A DNA stretch of 19,715 nucleotides from Promethearchaeota archaeon (GCA_030599585.1 JAUVNS010000032.1:1-19715), one strand, 5' to 3'. Shown: positions 1-9,077, counted from the first letter of the stretch. Notes: a model not told the origin generated them from the letters alone. Numbers and translations are program-made.

Positions 1-438
1 GATCAAAAAATTTCTTAAACATTTTCTCATAGACTTCCGAAAAATTGTATCGAAATTTACTCTTCATATAGCGAAGATAAAAAGCATCAATATAGCGAAG
101 GTGTGGCAGTTGACACCTTGTAAACTTAGTTATCTAACATATAATTTTAATAAGTATGAAAGTGCAAGCATAAATAAGTCAAAAAAAAAAAGCAATTTTT
201 AACTCTAATAGCTCACAGACTAAATAGAATTTAAAAATATTGATTTTTTAGAGGTGATAATGTTAAGGCATACAGTATTCGTAAAGTGAGATTATACGAC
301 GATTTATCGGTAAAAATTAAGCTCTGTCAAATCATCAATTACTCCCTCTCTACTATCGTTTCGCTAGGAGAAAAAAACTTCATAATTTTAAGGGGTATTT
401 GTTGTTGTTGTTTTAATAAGATTAGTTTAGTTCAATGA

Positions 439-663
439 TTATAAACTGCTAAATAGTTCATACCAGTGTGATCTCATTTCATTAGCTCTTTTTCCCAAGA
501 AATAATAAGCTAATAAAATAAAACGAACTGACCATTTATCTTGAAATAGGTCTAATGTAGATTGAATATTTTTTTTTAATACAGGATCAGCAGAACCAAA
601 AAACTCATTTATGAAAATGTCATCTGAATTAATTTTTCCCACTATCGTCTTTTTACTGGTCAT
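439..663 (-). CDS. Small hypothetical protein or 5' gene stump (74 aa)
   Basis: ATG-started ORF with protein-like composition; no motif recognised. Confidence 0.3.
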   Translation of the reverse strand: MTSKKTIVGKINSDDIFINEFFGSADPVLKKNIQSTLDLFQDKWSVRFILLAYYFLGKRANEMRSHWYELFSSL

Positions 664-946
664 TGAGATTAATAATCAAAAATAATTTTTAATAAAAAAA
701 ATTTTATGCATCTGCACAATATTGATATAAAATACTTTGTTTTTATCTCATTTAGAATTTATGCGAGCTTATTAAAATAGTTAGAATTTTCTGGAAGTTC
801 AAGGATTATATTGTAAAATCAACATCCTCATTGGAAAGAGATTCAACATCAAACAATTCTTTATGAGTATAAAAAATTTTTCCATTCCTAACTTGAAGTC
901 TTTTAAAAGAAAGATAGAGAGGGATTACATTATACTCCAACAATTC

Positions 947-1360
947 TTAATAAAAGTCTATTTCGTTTTTTATTAATTCCTGATAAGCTTTAAGAGAAGT
1001 TTTACGCTTTAATGTTGGAATATTATGTGTACTGCTATGATAGATTTTTATGAATTTAATATGGTGACCATTGATTGAAATATATCCAAATTTTCGATTT
1101 CTAATACCCATATCGATCAGACTACTATCAAAATAATTATTGATTATTTCGTCTTTAAGGACGATTTCAATTTTCTTTGAATTCTTTATAATTTTCTGAA
1201 AGGATTCAAATGCGGATCCTTGAAAAATAATTAATTCGGGATTTATGATTTCAATTTCCTTAATTCCACATTTTTGAAAACAATAATTCCAAACATCAGA
1301 TTGCTTTCCCTTATTCTCTCCTTCATAATCATAAAGGCATTTGCAAACATCTGTTATATA
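947..1360 (-). pseudogene. Uracil-DNA glycosylase superfamily protein, C-terminal fragment (not in ORF track)
   Basis: Hand translation gives 137 open codons: YITDVCKC...WNYCFQKCGIKEIEIINPELIIFQG...FIKIYHSS. This matches the UDG-like motifs YITxxxKC, EIxxIxPxLIIxxG and xxHxS. Preceded by an in-frame TGA (1361-1363) and a TAA about 11 codons further up; no start codon at its 5' end. Confidence 0.7.
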
Positions 1361-1675
1361 TCATTCTTTTAACAATTGTGGTATGACTCCGCTTTACTGA
1401 AGTGTCACAACCCAATGTGAGAATTGTTAAATTTATTTAACTTTCTAATAAAACTAAGGATCATTGTAATATCATAAATATCCTATACAAATATAAGACA
1501 GAAATAAATGTTCATTCAATAGTTGTTATATGCTTTCATTTTGACTGGAGATATTCGTTGTACCAAACAGGATTAGCATCATTATCAACAAATACCGTTT
1601 AGCTTGATATTACCTATTACAAAATTCAATTCTTTCACGAAATTGTAACATCTTTATTAGTTTTCATAGGGTATT

Positions 1676-2080
1676 ATGAATTTAGAGTCGGATTTAAAGA
1701 CCGAGTTTGAAGAGAAATCTGAAAAAATAATTAATAAAGAACGGACGGAGTTAATTGATACCGCAGATAAAGAGAGCGTAGAAGATCTAAAAGGAGATTT
1801 GGATAGAGTAGATTTAATAAAACAAGCTATTGAAATAGAAAAGAATTTGGTTTAACAAAAGAAATCTCAAATAGTAAATATAAATGTTTTTTATGGATTA
1901 TTTTTCTTAATTCTTGTTGCCCTAGGTTTGAGCAATGTGTTAATCATTTTAAGGGTTATGGAGTTTAAACTTCATTTGCTAACATTAATATTTATTTAGA
2001 GTAAATGGATAACATTATTTTTATTTAGTTTTTTGACAATTCTTTGAATACAATGCAAAAATATTATTAGATTATTTTAG
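1676..2080 (+). pseudogene. Decayed membrane-anchored protein (acidic coiled N-terminus followed by hydrophobic segments)
   Basis: One frame reads MNLESDLKTEFEEK...EKNLV*QKKSQ...FYGLFFLILVALGLSNVLIIL...LTLIFI*SKWITLFLFSFLTIL*...; protein-like sequence continues across in-frame TAA (1853-1855), TAG and TGA. Confidence 0.5.
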
Positions 2081-2265
2081 TGATCCCTTGCTAAAGTCTA
2101 ATCTTTAAGTTAACAAAAATATTTAATTTATTGAATTATTAGCATAAACTTCAATGGAAAATCCAATCATAGTCCAAAATTCCATTAATAGTTTTATTTT
2201 TAAAACTATATATAGAATTGTGATCCGATTTACTATACTAAAGTCAAAAATTCTAGTGATAAATT

Positions 2266-3156
2266 ATGGTAGATCCAATAACTGTTGTGGCTGCTGCGGC
2301 AGGCATTTATTTAGGTATTGATTTTGCTAGAGCCCTGGTTGTAGCTAATATTGCATATGATCATGCTTTTAGCAATTTTCCAGAAGATAGGAAAGATAAG
2401 TGGAGACATGGTTTTGTCGGATGTGAGTTGGGAAAGGCTTTAGTTACCCCTTTAACTGCTGAATCATTTGCTTATGGTTTTGAAATTGTAGTAAGTGCAA
2501 TATCTGATGCTCCAATCTCCGTAGCGGATGCGGAAGCTGTGATGTGTGGGTTTTGGAACGCTCAAAATGGAACTCATTGGGAGTGGGTGCCAACTAAAGT
2601 CGGCGCTTGTACAATCAATGTGCTTCAATTAATTACCGTTCCATGCGTAACAATTTGTTGGTCCCTTGAGGAAAAATGGGATTATTTTGATTCAATAGAT
2701 GGTGCTGATGATTCAAGCGATAATATTGGAGATGGTTATAGCACTAAAGTTTTAAAAGATAACTTTCAAGTCATCAATAAAATGCAAAAAATGGTAATCA
2801 ATAATTACAACCAATTAGATATTACCAAAGTTGGAGTTACCCAAGTAAAACAACAATTGACAGACGCAGACAAGGAGAGTCTTAGGAGGATTGCTATTGC
2901 AAATGAAAAAATAACGCGGGAGAAAATTCAAGAAATTAAGTCGGAATCGGGAGGTCGCGTTCTAACAGTTAAATATCTCCTAAATACTAACAAGAAGGAA
3001 ATCCACGATCTTAATAACCTAACACATCTCTGTAATGTTACAAAAATCGCAAGTGATCATAGGAAATATCTTAACCACATTAGAAGAGCCTCAGGTATTA
3101 TGGCACTTGGGTATGATGGTTGCAAGCATTGTTTACCCGAATTACATACAAAATAA
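2266..3156 (+). CDS. Multidomain protein: hydrophobic N-terminus, DKxxH...E...D-x2-A-x3-G helical domain, Cys-rich segment, C-terminal Ada-like metal-binding (H,C,CxxC) domain
   Basis: Intact 296-aa ORF with GTGAT SD-like motif and upstream TATATATA. Motifs DKWRHGFVGCEL / FE / SVADAEAVMCG and YLLNTNKKEIH...C...GYDGCKHCLP. Confidence 0.85.
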   Translation: MVDPITVVAAAAGIYLGIDFARALVVANIAYDHAFSNFPEDRKDKWRHGFVGCELGKALVTPLTAESFAYGFEIVVSAISDAPISVADAEAVMCGFWNAQNGTHWEWVPTKVGACTINVLQLITVPCVTICWSLEEKWDYFDSIDGADDSSDNIGDGYSTKVLKDNFQVINKMQKMVINNYNQLDITKVGVTQVKQQLTDADKESLRRIAIANEKITREKIQEIKSESGGRVLTVKYLLNTNKKEIHDLNNLTHLCNVTKIASDHRKYLNHIRRASGIMALGYDGCKHCLPELHTK

Positions 3157-3177
3157 TTTTTTTTTATTTTTTCCTTA
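3157..3177 (+). terminator. Oligo-T archaeal-type terminator
   Basis: Two T-tracts immediately after the TAA of 2266-3156. Confidence 0.5.
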
Positions 3178-3182
3178 TTGCT

Positions 3183-3760
3183 GTCATTTTTCGAATGACT
3201 TCACAATTTAAAATTGAATTTCCGTCGCTAAGAGACGACTTCGTAAAGTTCGTGCTTTCTTTGTCTATAAGCGGAGCCTTACACAAACAAATGGAAAAAT
3301 CTGCTCTTATTAAATTTTTTAGCGAGAGCTTTGGAGGGTTTGGATACCTAATTCGCTTCGTCAAGTCGTTAGAAACATAAAAACACGATTAATGTGTAAC
3401 TTTCACTTATCGTTCGGTCCGTACTAATTTAGTACGCATCGGTAAAAATGGCTTAAAAAGCCAAGTTCTACGATTCGGTAGAAAAATTTCTTGTTTTAAT
3501 AATTATCAATTTTTTTCGATAAGAAAAGGAAAGGGAGACTCCTACCACCAAGACCTAATAAGAAGGTCAGAAACAAAATAGGGTTAGGAGGGCGAAATGA
3601 GCGTGCAGAGCACGCTACCAAAAGACAAAAATCCAGGGCGGCGTGCAGGAGTCATGGTTTGAGTTTTCCCTATTTTACTTTAATTTTTTTTGTGTAGCTT
3701 TTTTTCTTTCAAAACGAAAATTACATGCGAAAAAATGCTAAGATTTTATCTTTCTTTACA
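3183..3760. ncRNA. Candidate large structured non-coding RNA or structured mobile-element end
   Basis: At least 10 inverted repeats, e.g. CGTACTA/TAGTACG 3420-3436, TGGCTT/AAGCCA 3449-3463, TTCTAC/GTAGAA 3466-3483, AGCGTGC/GCACGCT 3600-3616. Long-range pairs ACGACTT/AAGTCGT (3235/3363), GACTCCT/AGGAGTC (3537/3647) and AAAATAGGG/CCCTATTTT (3575/3668). GC is above the flanks and there is no convincing long ORF. Confidence 0.55.
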
Positions 3761-3780
3761 TTATCTATTTTTTTTATACA

Positions 3781-3794
3781 TATATAAATCTTTC
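3781..3794 (-). promoter_or_regulatory. Archaeal BRE + TATA promoter pointing into the structured region
   Basis: Minus strand reads GAAAGA-TTTATATA, a near-consensus BRE/TATA. Predicted start near 3755-3760; no ORF downstream. The TATATAAA could also serve the + strand ORF at 3843. Confidence 0.55.
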
Positions 3795-3842
3795 CACATA
3801 GCCGGATTAGTAGCACACAATAATCTCGTTTTTAAAGTTTAA

Positions 3843-4139
3843 ATGTTAAACCAAAATTGTTTTAATTCGTTAGCCAGCGCACCCCTCCTATCGGGAACTA
3901 CCGAAATTTCCTTTCTCACCCAATCTGAAATTCAGCTTACTCGTTTTATGAACCTTCGTCTGTTAAAAGAGTTAGGGACTAACCGTTTAAAAAATGAAAA
4001 CATAGAGATCAAGATAAGCTACCCAAAAACTTTCGACACGGGACTCTTTGGCGTGGAATATCCCGAACTCTACGCGAAATATACGTATGAAATAATTTCA
4101 ATGGATGAGGAGAATATAAATCTCTCATATTTCCTCTAA
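3843..4139 (+). pseudogene. Hypothetical protein, probably a truncated N-terminus (possibly of a transposase)
   Basis: 98-aa ATG ORF, CpG-richer than host genes, abutting a 5'-truncated LRR gene. The transposase link is inference only; no catalytic motif lies in this piece. Confidence 0.4.
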
Positions 4140-4266
4140 TATCATAAATTCTATTTTTAAAGTCCGAAAAGAATATATATAAAAAATTTACCATTCGAAT
4201 GAAAATGCTAATAACACCAGAACGATACCTGTTAATAAAATTACTAAACTTCCAGAGTCCATTGGA

Positions 4267-5214
4267 ATGTTGAAATCACCTAAAAAGCTAGATTTATATG
4301 AAAATCGATTATCGACTCTTCCTACATCAATTCGGAACCTTAAATCGCTCCAAACTCTATCTTTAGCGTGTAATAAAATAATAACTCTCCCCAAATCGAT
4401 AGCCCACCTCCACTCACTGATTAGTTTAGATTTACATAGGAATCATTTATCTACTCTTCCAGAATCGATAGATGAACTCTCTTCTCTTAAAAAATTAAAT
4501 TTAAGCGAGAATGAGTTAAAAACTCTCCCAGAATCAATAGAGAATCTTAAATCACTAAAGACATTAAACTTACATGAAAATCAATTTTCGATACTCCCAA
4601 AATCTCTTTGGAATTTGAAATCACTTACTTGCCTCGATTTGGGGGGAAATAATATATCCATTCTCCCGGATTCAATAAATCACTTAAAATCACTTGAGAT
4701 TTTAAGGTTAGGAGATAATCAGTTGTCCACCCTTCCTGATTCAATGGGTCAACTCTCCTCGTTAAATGAATTAAATTTGTCTAATAATAAATTTAGGATC
4801 CTTCCAGAGTCGATAGGTAATCTCTCTTCACTTGAAGTATTAAATGTAGGTCAAAATACATTAGAGAACATTCTTGATTCCATAGGTAATTTATCATCTT
4901 TAAAAGAATTATGGTTATCATATAATCGGATCAAGTTTTTACCAAAATCGATAGAAAAATTAAAAGCTCTTATATCCCTCAATGTTGGTCATAATCTTTT
5001 ATCGACACTCCCTGATTCAATAGGTAACCTAAAATCACTTGAAAAGTTATGGATAAACAATAATATGTTATCCACCATTCCTGATTCAATAGGAAAGCTC
5101 TCTATGCTAAGAAAAATAAACTTATCTGAAAATCAATTTAAGGATTTCCCACAAGTAATTAAAAACTTAGAAAAAAAAGGTGTTAAAATTGGTAAATTAT
5201 CTAGGTTTTTATAA
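4267..5214 (+). CDS. Leucine-rich repeat protein (about 13 x 23-aa repeats plus C-cap), likely 5'-truncated
   Basis: Consensus NxLxxLPESIGNLKSLxxLxL, C-cap IKNLEKKGVKI. The repeat phase continues upstream of the ATG (NKITKLPESIG from about 4234), so the ATG is mid-repeat; the first repeat has an L>P substitution. Confidence 0.92.
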   Translation: MLKSPKKLDLYENRLSTLPTSIRNLKSLQTLSLACNKIITLPKSIAHLHSLISLDLHRNHLSTLPESIDELSSLKKLNLSENELKTLPESIENLKSLKTLNLHENQFSILPKSLWNLKSLTCLDLGGNNISILPDSINHLKSLEILRLGDNQLSTLPDSMGQLSSLNELNLSNNKFRILPESIGNLSSLEVLNVGQNTLENILDSIGNLSSLKELWLSYNRIKFLPKSIEKLKALISLNVGHNLLSTLPDSIGNLKSLEKLWINNNMLSTIPDSIGKLSMLRKINLSENQFKDFPQVIKNLEKKGVKIGKLSRFL

Positions 5215-5738
5215 CATTTTAAAATTACATCCATGGTACTCAAATTTATCTCCTACCACTAAATTTTGAATTTTAACCAATTGATCCCCAATAATCTTGT
5301 GTTTTGATAAGAGGCTCGATACTTTTTCTTTTATAACCATACATAAATATTTCCTTGATATTTATGATTTGAATATTATAATAGGATTTTTTAAGTAGTT
5401 TCATGAAATTAGAATAAAAAATATAATTAGGATCTATATCTTTTTAAATGAAAAATTCTATTTTTTTCCTCCCATACAAAAAATATAGGGATTAATCAGC
5501 ATTATTGAAATTAATAGAATATTCTCTTTATATAAACTATCCATTATGGAAAACATCATAGCTCTTAAATTTATAACGATTTAAAGAGGATTGTTATTAG
5601 ACGTGATGATTGATGAATTAGAATCCGTTCTATTGCTTACCATTTCTTATTAAGAATTATTAACTAATCTTGGAATTATATTCAAATTAAAAAATTCCTT
5701 AGAAAAATAAGATTGAGGGGTAATAAAGTTAGAGTCGT

Positions 5739-6003
5739 ATGAAAGACGATGAAAAAATAGAAAATGATTCAACTGCAAGAAATCTTGATTTTTTATCTCA
5801 GGATTTAAGCGATGTGTTAGTATCAATTTACTCCTTTTTGAGAAAATTAGCATTAACAAGCGATCTTCCTGTTTTTCTTCGAGAAAGATTGAAAGAAGTT
5901 AGTCATAATAACATTTAGAAAAATCGTTAAGAAATAATCTCGTCCAATTTTTTGTAAAGGAGTTTATTGATTCTTTTTGGATATTTCACTTTTGCTTCAA
6001 TTA
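5739..6003 (+). pseudogene. Frameshifted hypothetical gene remnant
   Basis: MKDDEKIENDSTARNLDFLSQDLSDVLVSIYSFLRKLALTSDLPVFLRERLKEVSHNNI* (5739-5918) continues in another frame as HLEKSLRNNLVQFFVKEFIDSF. More protein-like than the overlapping minus ORF 5650-5859. Confidence 0.35.
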
Positions 6004-6311
6004 ACTCTAAAAGGAGTTTAATTATTTCATGATAGTCTAAACTACCTTCTCTTCTAATTATTAAAACCTACGAGGTTAAACCATCACAGGTAGAGTATAA
6101 AAGATAGGAGAATTGAATAAAAGAATTTTATATTATCTAGAGTTTATGAATTAAAAGATTCAGAGATGCCGATAAAGGAAAATTTTACCTAATTAATTAG
6201 ACTAAAGAGTACAAAAATTTTTAAATTCTTATAACATTAAGTACACATCTAATGAGATATGACAATAGAAAATATTAATAAGCGATTTCAAATACTATAA
6301 GAGGTTATAAT

Positions 6312-6992
6312 ATGGAGTCTTCAATATACCGAGATGAAGCTAAGAAGCTTTTATTAAAAAAAGTAACACCTGAAGAGATAAGAAATATATCAGGAAATTT
6401 ATTTAATATTAATCGAATTAGACAGCTCCATATTGAATTATGTGAATCTTCAGGTGTAAGTATAGCCTTAAATGGATATGTGAGGGTTTTTATTGGAATA
6501 ACAGGTCAAACCAATGTAGATGAAAATCAATTTTTTGAATTCCTCAATTGCATTCTCTCCTTGCAGAAGGAAATTAAAGATAATCAATCTTTAATAGATT
6601 ATTATAGAAAACAAGAAACTGTAGATCATGCAATACCTATTCCCGCTATAGTGGAAATAGCACAACTAATATTAATAGCATTAGCTACAGGAGTGGCGCA
6701 AAGCTTAGGAAATATTCTTGTACGAAAATTACTATCAAGAATCAAGAAGAATAAAAAGTCTGACATTTTTCTCCAAATGGTGTCCAGTAACCCAGTTCTA
6801 TCAAGTCTATCAAAAAATACCTCTGGACTTTCACTAGACCAAATTGTTAAAAAGACAAAAATGGCTGAATTGGACATTAAAATTATAATAGAGCAATATG
6901 AGAAGAAAAAATGGGTAACAAAAGTAATTAAAAATGAGATTGAAATTTGGAAGCTTGATAAAGAGAAAATTAAACAGGATTTTGGATTTTAA
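6312..6992 (+). CDS. Hypothetical protein with central hydrophobic helix and C-terminal winged-HTH
   Basis: GAGGT SD at 6301-6305; hydrophobic AIVEIAQLILIALATGVAQSLG; wHTH-like VLSSL...GLSLDQIVKKTKM...IIEQYEKKKWV...IWKL. Confidence 0.8.
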   Translation: MESSIYRDEAKKLLLKKVTPEEIRNISGNLFNINRIRQLHIELCESSGVSIALNGYVRVFIGITGQTNVDENQFFEFLNCILSLQKEIKDNQSLIDYYRKQETVDHAIPIPAIVEIAQLILIALATGVAQSLGNILVRKLLSRIKKNKKSDIFLQMVSSNPVLSSLSKNTSGLSLDQIVKKTKMAELDIKIIIEQYEKKKWVTKVIKNEIEIWKLDKEKIKQDFGF

Positions 6993-7018
6993 ATAATATT
7001 CATTATTCAAAAATATAT

Positions 7019-8080
7019 TTGGTAATTAATTTGGAGTATGATCCTCTATCTTTTTTCTGTTGGTCACCAATAGAAAATATGGTAATGGCGGAAAAATTAC
7101 TTGCAAAAAAGTTAGGTTTAAATACTTACTGCTCTAAGTGGGGTGTAGGTCAACTTCTCTTTTTAAACCTTAATTGGAATGAGGTTAATCATTATATTGA
7201 TTTTACTCAGATGAATAAGGATGAAATCTACGCAATGGATTTCGCCACACTAGCTTCAATCCTAAATACTAATATGATTACTTGTACATCTTGGGAAGAA
7301 GTAAAGCGAATTTTTGACATATACCAACAAAGCTGGAAAAATAGATTTCTGATCAGTTTTTTATGTGAAGGTGTTAGTAAAAGAGGTTTCATTGGAAAGC
7401 CGCTTTACTATAGTGAACTTTTTGGATATAAGATAGGATATTTATTAGGTAAAAAGCCATTGCTCGACATACTTGAAAAGAATCCAGAAATTTCACTAGA
7501 AGCAATAATCTTACGCATTATTGATAAAATGTCTAATTTTAAAGCTCGAGATAAGATTTTAGAAATGTTGGAGAGTGACCAGAGAGACCTTGTTTATCCC
7601 TTCTTACTATTTGGGTCACACGCATGTGCAAGTTTTCGGAAGTTAGAAAAATTTGGTGGTAAAGATGCAATTATAACCATTTCTGAGCATGAAGAGATCA
7701 AAGATTATCTCTATAGTATGTTAATCTCGGTAACATCTAATCTTTTCTATTTTGGTCCAAATCCAAAATTATTTAATTATGATGATATATTCAGCAAATT
7801 TAAAGTTAAAGAGCTGACTAATTTTGGGGGCGATACATCTATCCGTACTAGTCCACATTTCGTAACTTTAAGGGAAGAAATAAATCATTTTGTTTCAGCA
7901 ATATCAGGAAATCCATTAATGCGAGAGTTAATTGCTAGTATGCTTCGGAAGGTTTATCCAATTGAACTCCCTGATAAAGAGTTAACCTTTGATAGAATAA
8001 CCGATTCTTCTCCCCCTGAAATGCCTTACTTCATTAGATATCAAAAAAAAAAAAATTCAAGAAAAAGGAACAAGGTTTAG
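7019..8080 (+). CDS. Hypothetical protein, possible type-2 periplasmic-binding-protein (SsuA/THI5-like) fold without signal peptide
   Basis: Intact 353-aa ORF 26 nt after the upstream gene. YSELFGYKIGYLLG resembles xxDLKGKKIGxxxG and ILEMLESDQRDLV resembles ALxSGxVDA. The fold call is tentative. Confidence 0.75.
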   Translation: MVINLEYDPLSFFCWSPIENMVMAEKLLAKKLGLNTYCSKWGVGQLLFLNLNWNEVNHYIDFTQMNKDEIYAMDFATLASILNTNMITCTSWEEVKRIFDIYQQSWKNRFLISFLCEGVSKRGFIGKPLYYSELFGYKIGYLLGKKPLLDILEKNPEISLEAIILRIIDKMSNFKARDKILEMLESDQRDLVYPFLLFGSHACASFRKLEKFGGKDAIITISEHEEIKDYLYSMLISVTSNLFYFGPNPKLFNYDDIFSKFKVKELTNFGGDTSIRTSPHFVTLREEINHFVSAISGNPLMRELIASMLRKVYPIELPDKELTFDRITDSSPPEMPYFIRYQKKKNSRKRNKV

Positions 8081-8132
8081 TATTGACCCATCGTGGTTGA
8101 AAATTTAAAGAACAGAAGATTTATAAAAAATA

Positions 8133-8732
8133 TTGATTAGAGTAAGAATTGATATGACTAATATAGAAAAAATATTAGAAATGATTCTTGATGGAAATCA
8201 ATCTGATGTAAATGAAGCTTTTAAAGAACTAAAAAAATTAAAAGGCAGTCGCACTATAAAAAAAATAATTGAACCATTAATGAAAGCAGCAAGTGAACAT
8301 TATAATTTTAATAAAAGAATTGATGCAATTTATGCCTTAGGCGATTTAGCCGCTAAAAATGCAGTTGACTTACTCATTGAAATACTTAGAGTGGGAGCAT
8401 CACCAAAAGATGCATCAGCTGCATTGCATGATCTAACAGCACATGGTCCTTTCTTAATGTCAACTAGGAGTAGAAAAATCCAAACTGAATTACCAAAAGT
8501 ACGAGAGGCTGCTGCAGTAGCTTTAGGATTAATCGGGGAAAAGAAAGCAATGCAATCACTTATCGATACTTTACAGAACGACTGGGCTTATCCAGCGAGA
8601 GCAGCTGCTGCTTTTAGTTTAGGTGAGATGGATGATAGATTTGCTATTCCAGTATTAAAGGTTGCCAAAGAGACAGAGGAAGACGAGATTGTTCTTGAAC
8701 AAGTTCAGAAAGCTTTAGATAAACTTAAGTAA
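8133..8732 (+). CDS. HEAT-repeat (PBS lyase HEAT-like) protein
   Basis: Repeats RIDAIYALGDL...AVDLLIEIL, VREAAAVALGLIG...AMQSLIDTL and ARAAAAFSLGEM...AIPVL. Likely start is ATG 8154. Confidence 0.9.
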   Translation: MIRVRIDMTNIEKILEMILDGNQSDVNEAFKELKKLKGSRTIKKIIEPLMKAASEHYNFNKRIDAIYALGDLAAKNAVDLLIEILRVGASPKDASAALHDLTAHGPFLMSTRSRKIQTELPKVREAAAVALGLIGEKKAMQSLIDTLQNDWAYPARAAAAFSLGEMDDRFAIPVLKVAKETEEDEIVLEQVQKALDKLK

Positions 8733-9077
8733 AGCTAAATAATTTCAAGACGAATGTAGCGTTCGACACAGGAATTTTATCTATTAATTGTTCTAACCTG
8801 TGATTAATATTATATGAAGTCAAATCAGATAATTATCGATAATCTAGTATTTAAATTGGTTTAAAGAATTAGCTTCTCAATTAACCACACCTAAACCATT
8901 TTTCCTCACTATTATATATCCTTTTTTCATTTTTAAACATTTTTGTACACTCAAAATTTACTCGACTATTTGCGTCTAACAATAAATTCAATAACTTTTT
9001 AATAAAACTCGTATTGAATTCAGAATCAGGAATTAGACTCATTAAATCAATTTAACGATATTTATACAAAAAATAAT

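Noticed and set aside
61-119. ATATAGCGAAG direct repeat (66-76, 90-100) and hairpin AAGGTGT/ACACCTT
   Set aside because: Only two copies and no associated gene; insufficient for CRISPR or an IS200/605 end.
251-367. GAGGTGA SD + ATG with in-frame TGA (possible selenocysteine)
   Set aside because: A TAA follows after 7 codons and there is no redox motif; it looks like a decayed gene start.
1361-1363. In-frame TGA before YITDVCKC as selenocysteine
   Set aside because: The frame is closed by TAA about 11 codons upstream, with no start codon and no SECIS recognised.
3120-3380. ORFs 3120-3380 (+) and 3164-3364 (-)
   Set aside because: Mutually overlapping, run through the T-tract terminator and hairpins, no SD or motifs; likely spurious.
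3183-3760. RNase P RNA, SRP RNA, tRNA, group II intron or CRISPR identity for the structured block
   Set aside because: No GAGGAAAGUCC, SRP helix-8 motif, cloverleaf/TTCGA arm context, domain V signature or regularly spaced repeats.
4234-5214. LRR gene as a DGR target or DNA tandem repeat array
   Set aside because: The 69-nt periodicity is explained by protein repeats; no reverse transcriptase or adenine-specific TR/VR pair was seen.
1676-5710. Stop-codon recoding suggested by read-through-like frames (1676-2080 and about 5489-5710)
   Set aside because: All three stop types interrupt these frames, and intact genes end in TAA, TAG and TGA; pseudogenisation is simpler.
8880-8952. GAGTGTACAAAA (minus) followed by TATA/SD-like motifs as a second IS end
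   Set aside because: No partner repeat or transposase ORF follows; too weak to call.
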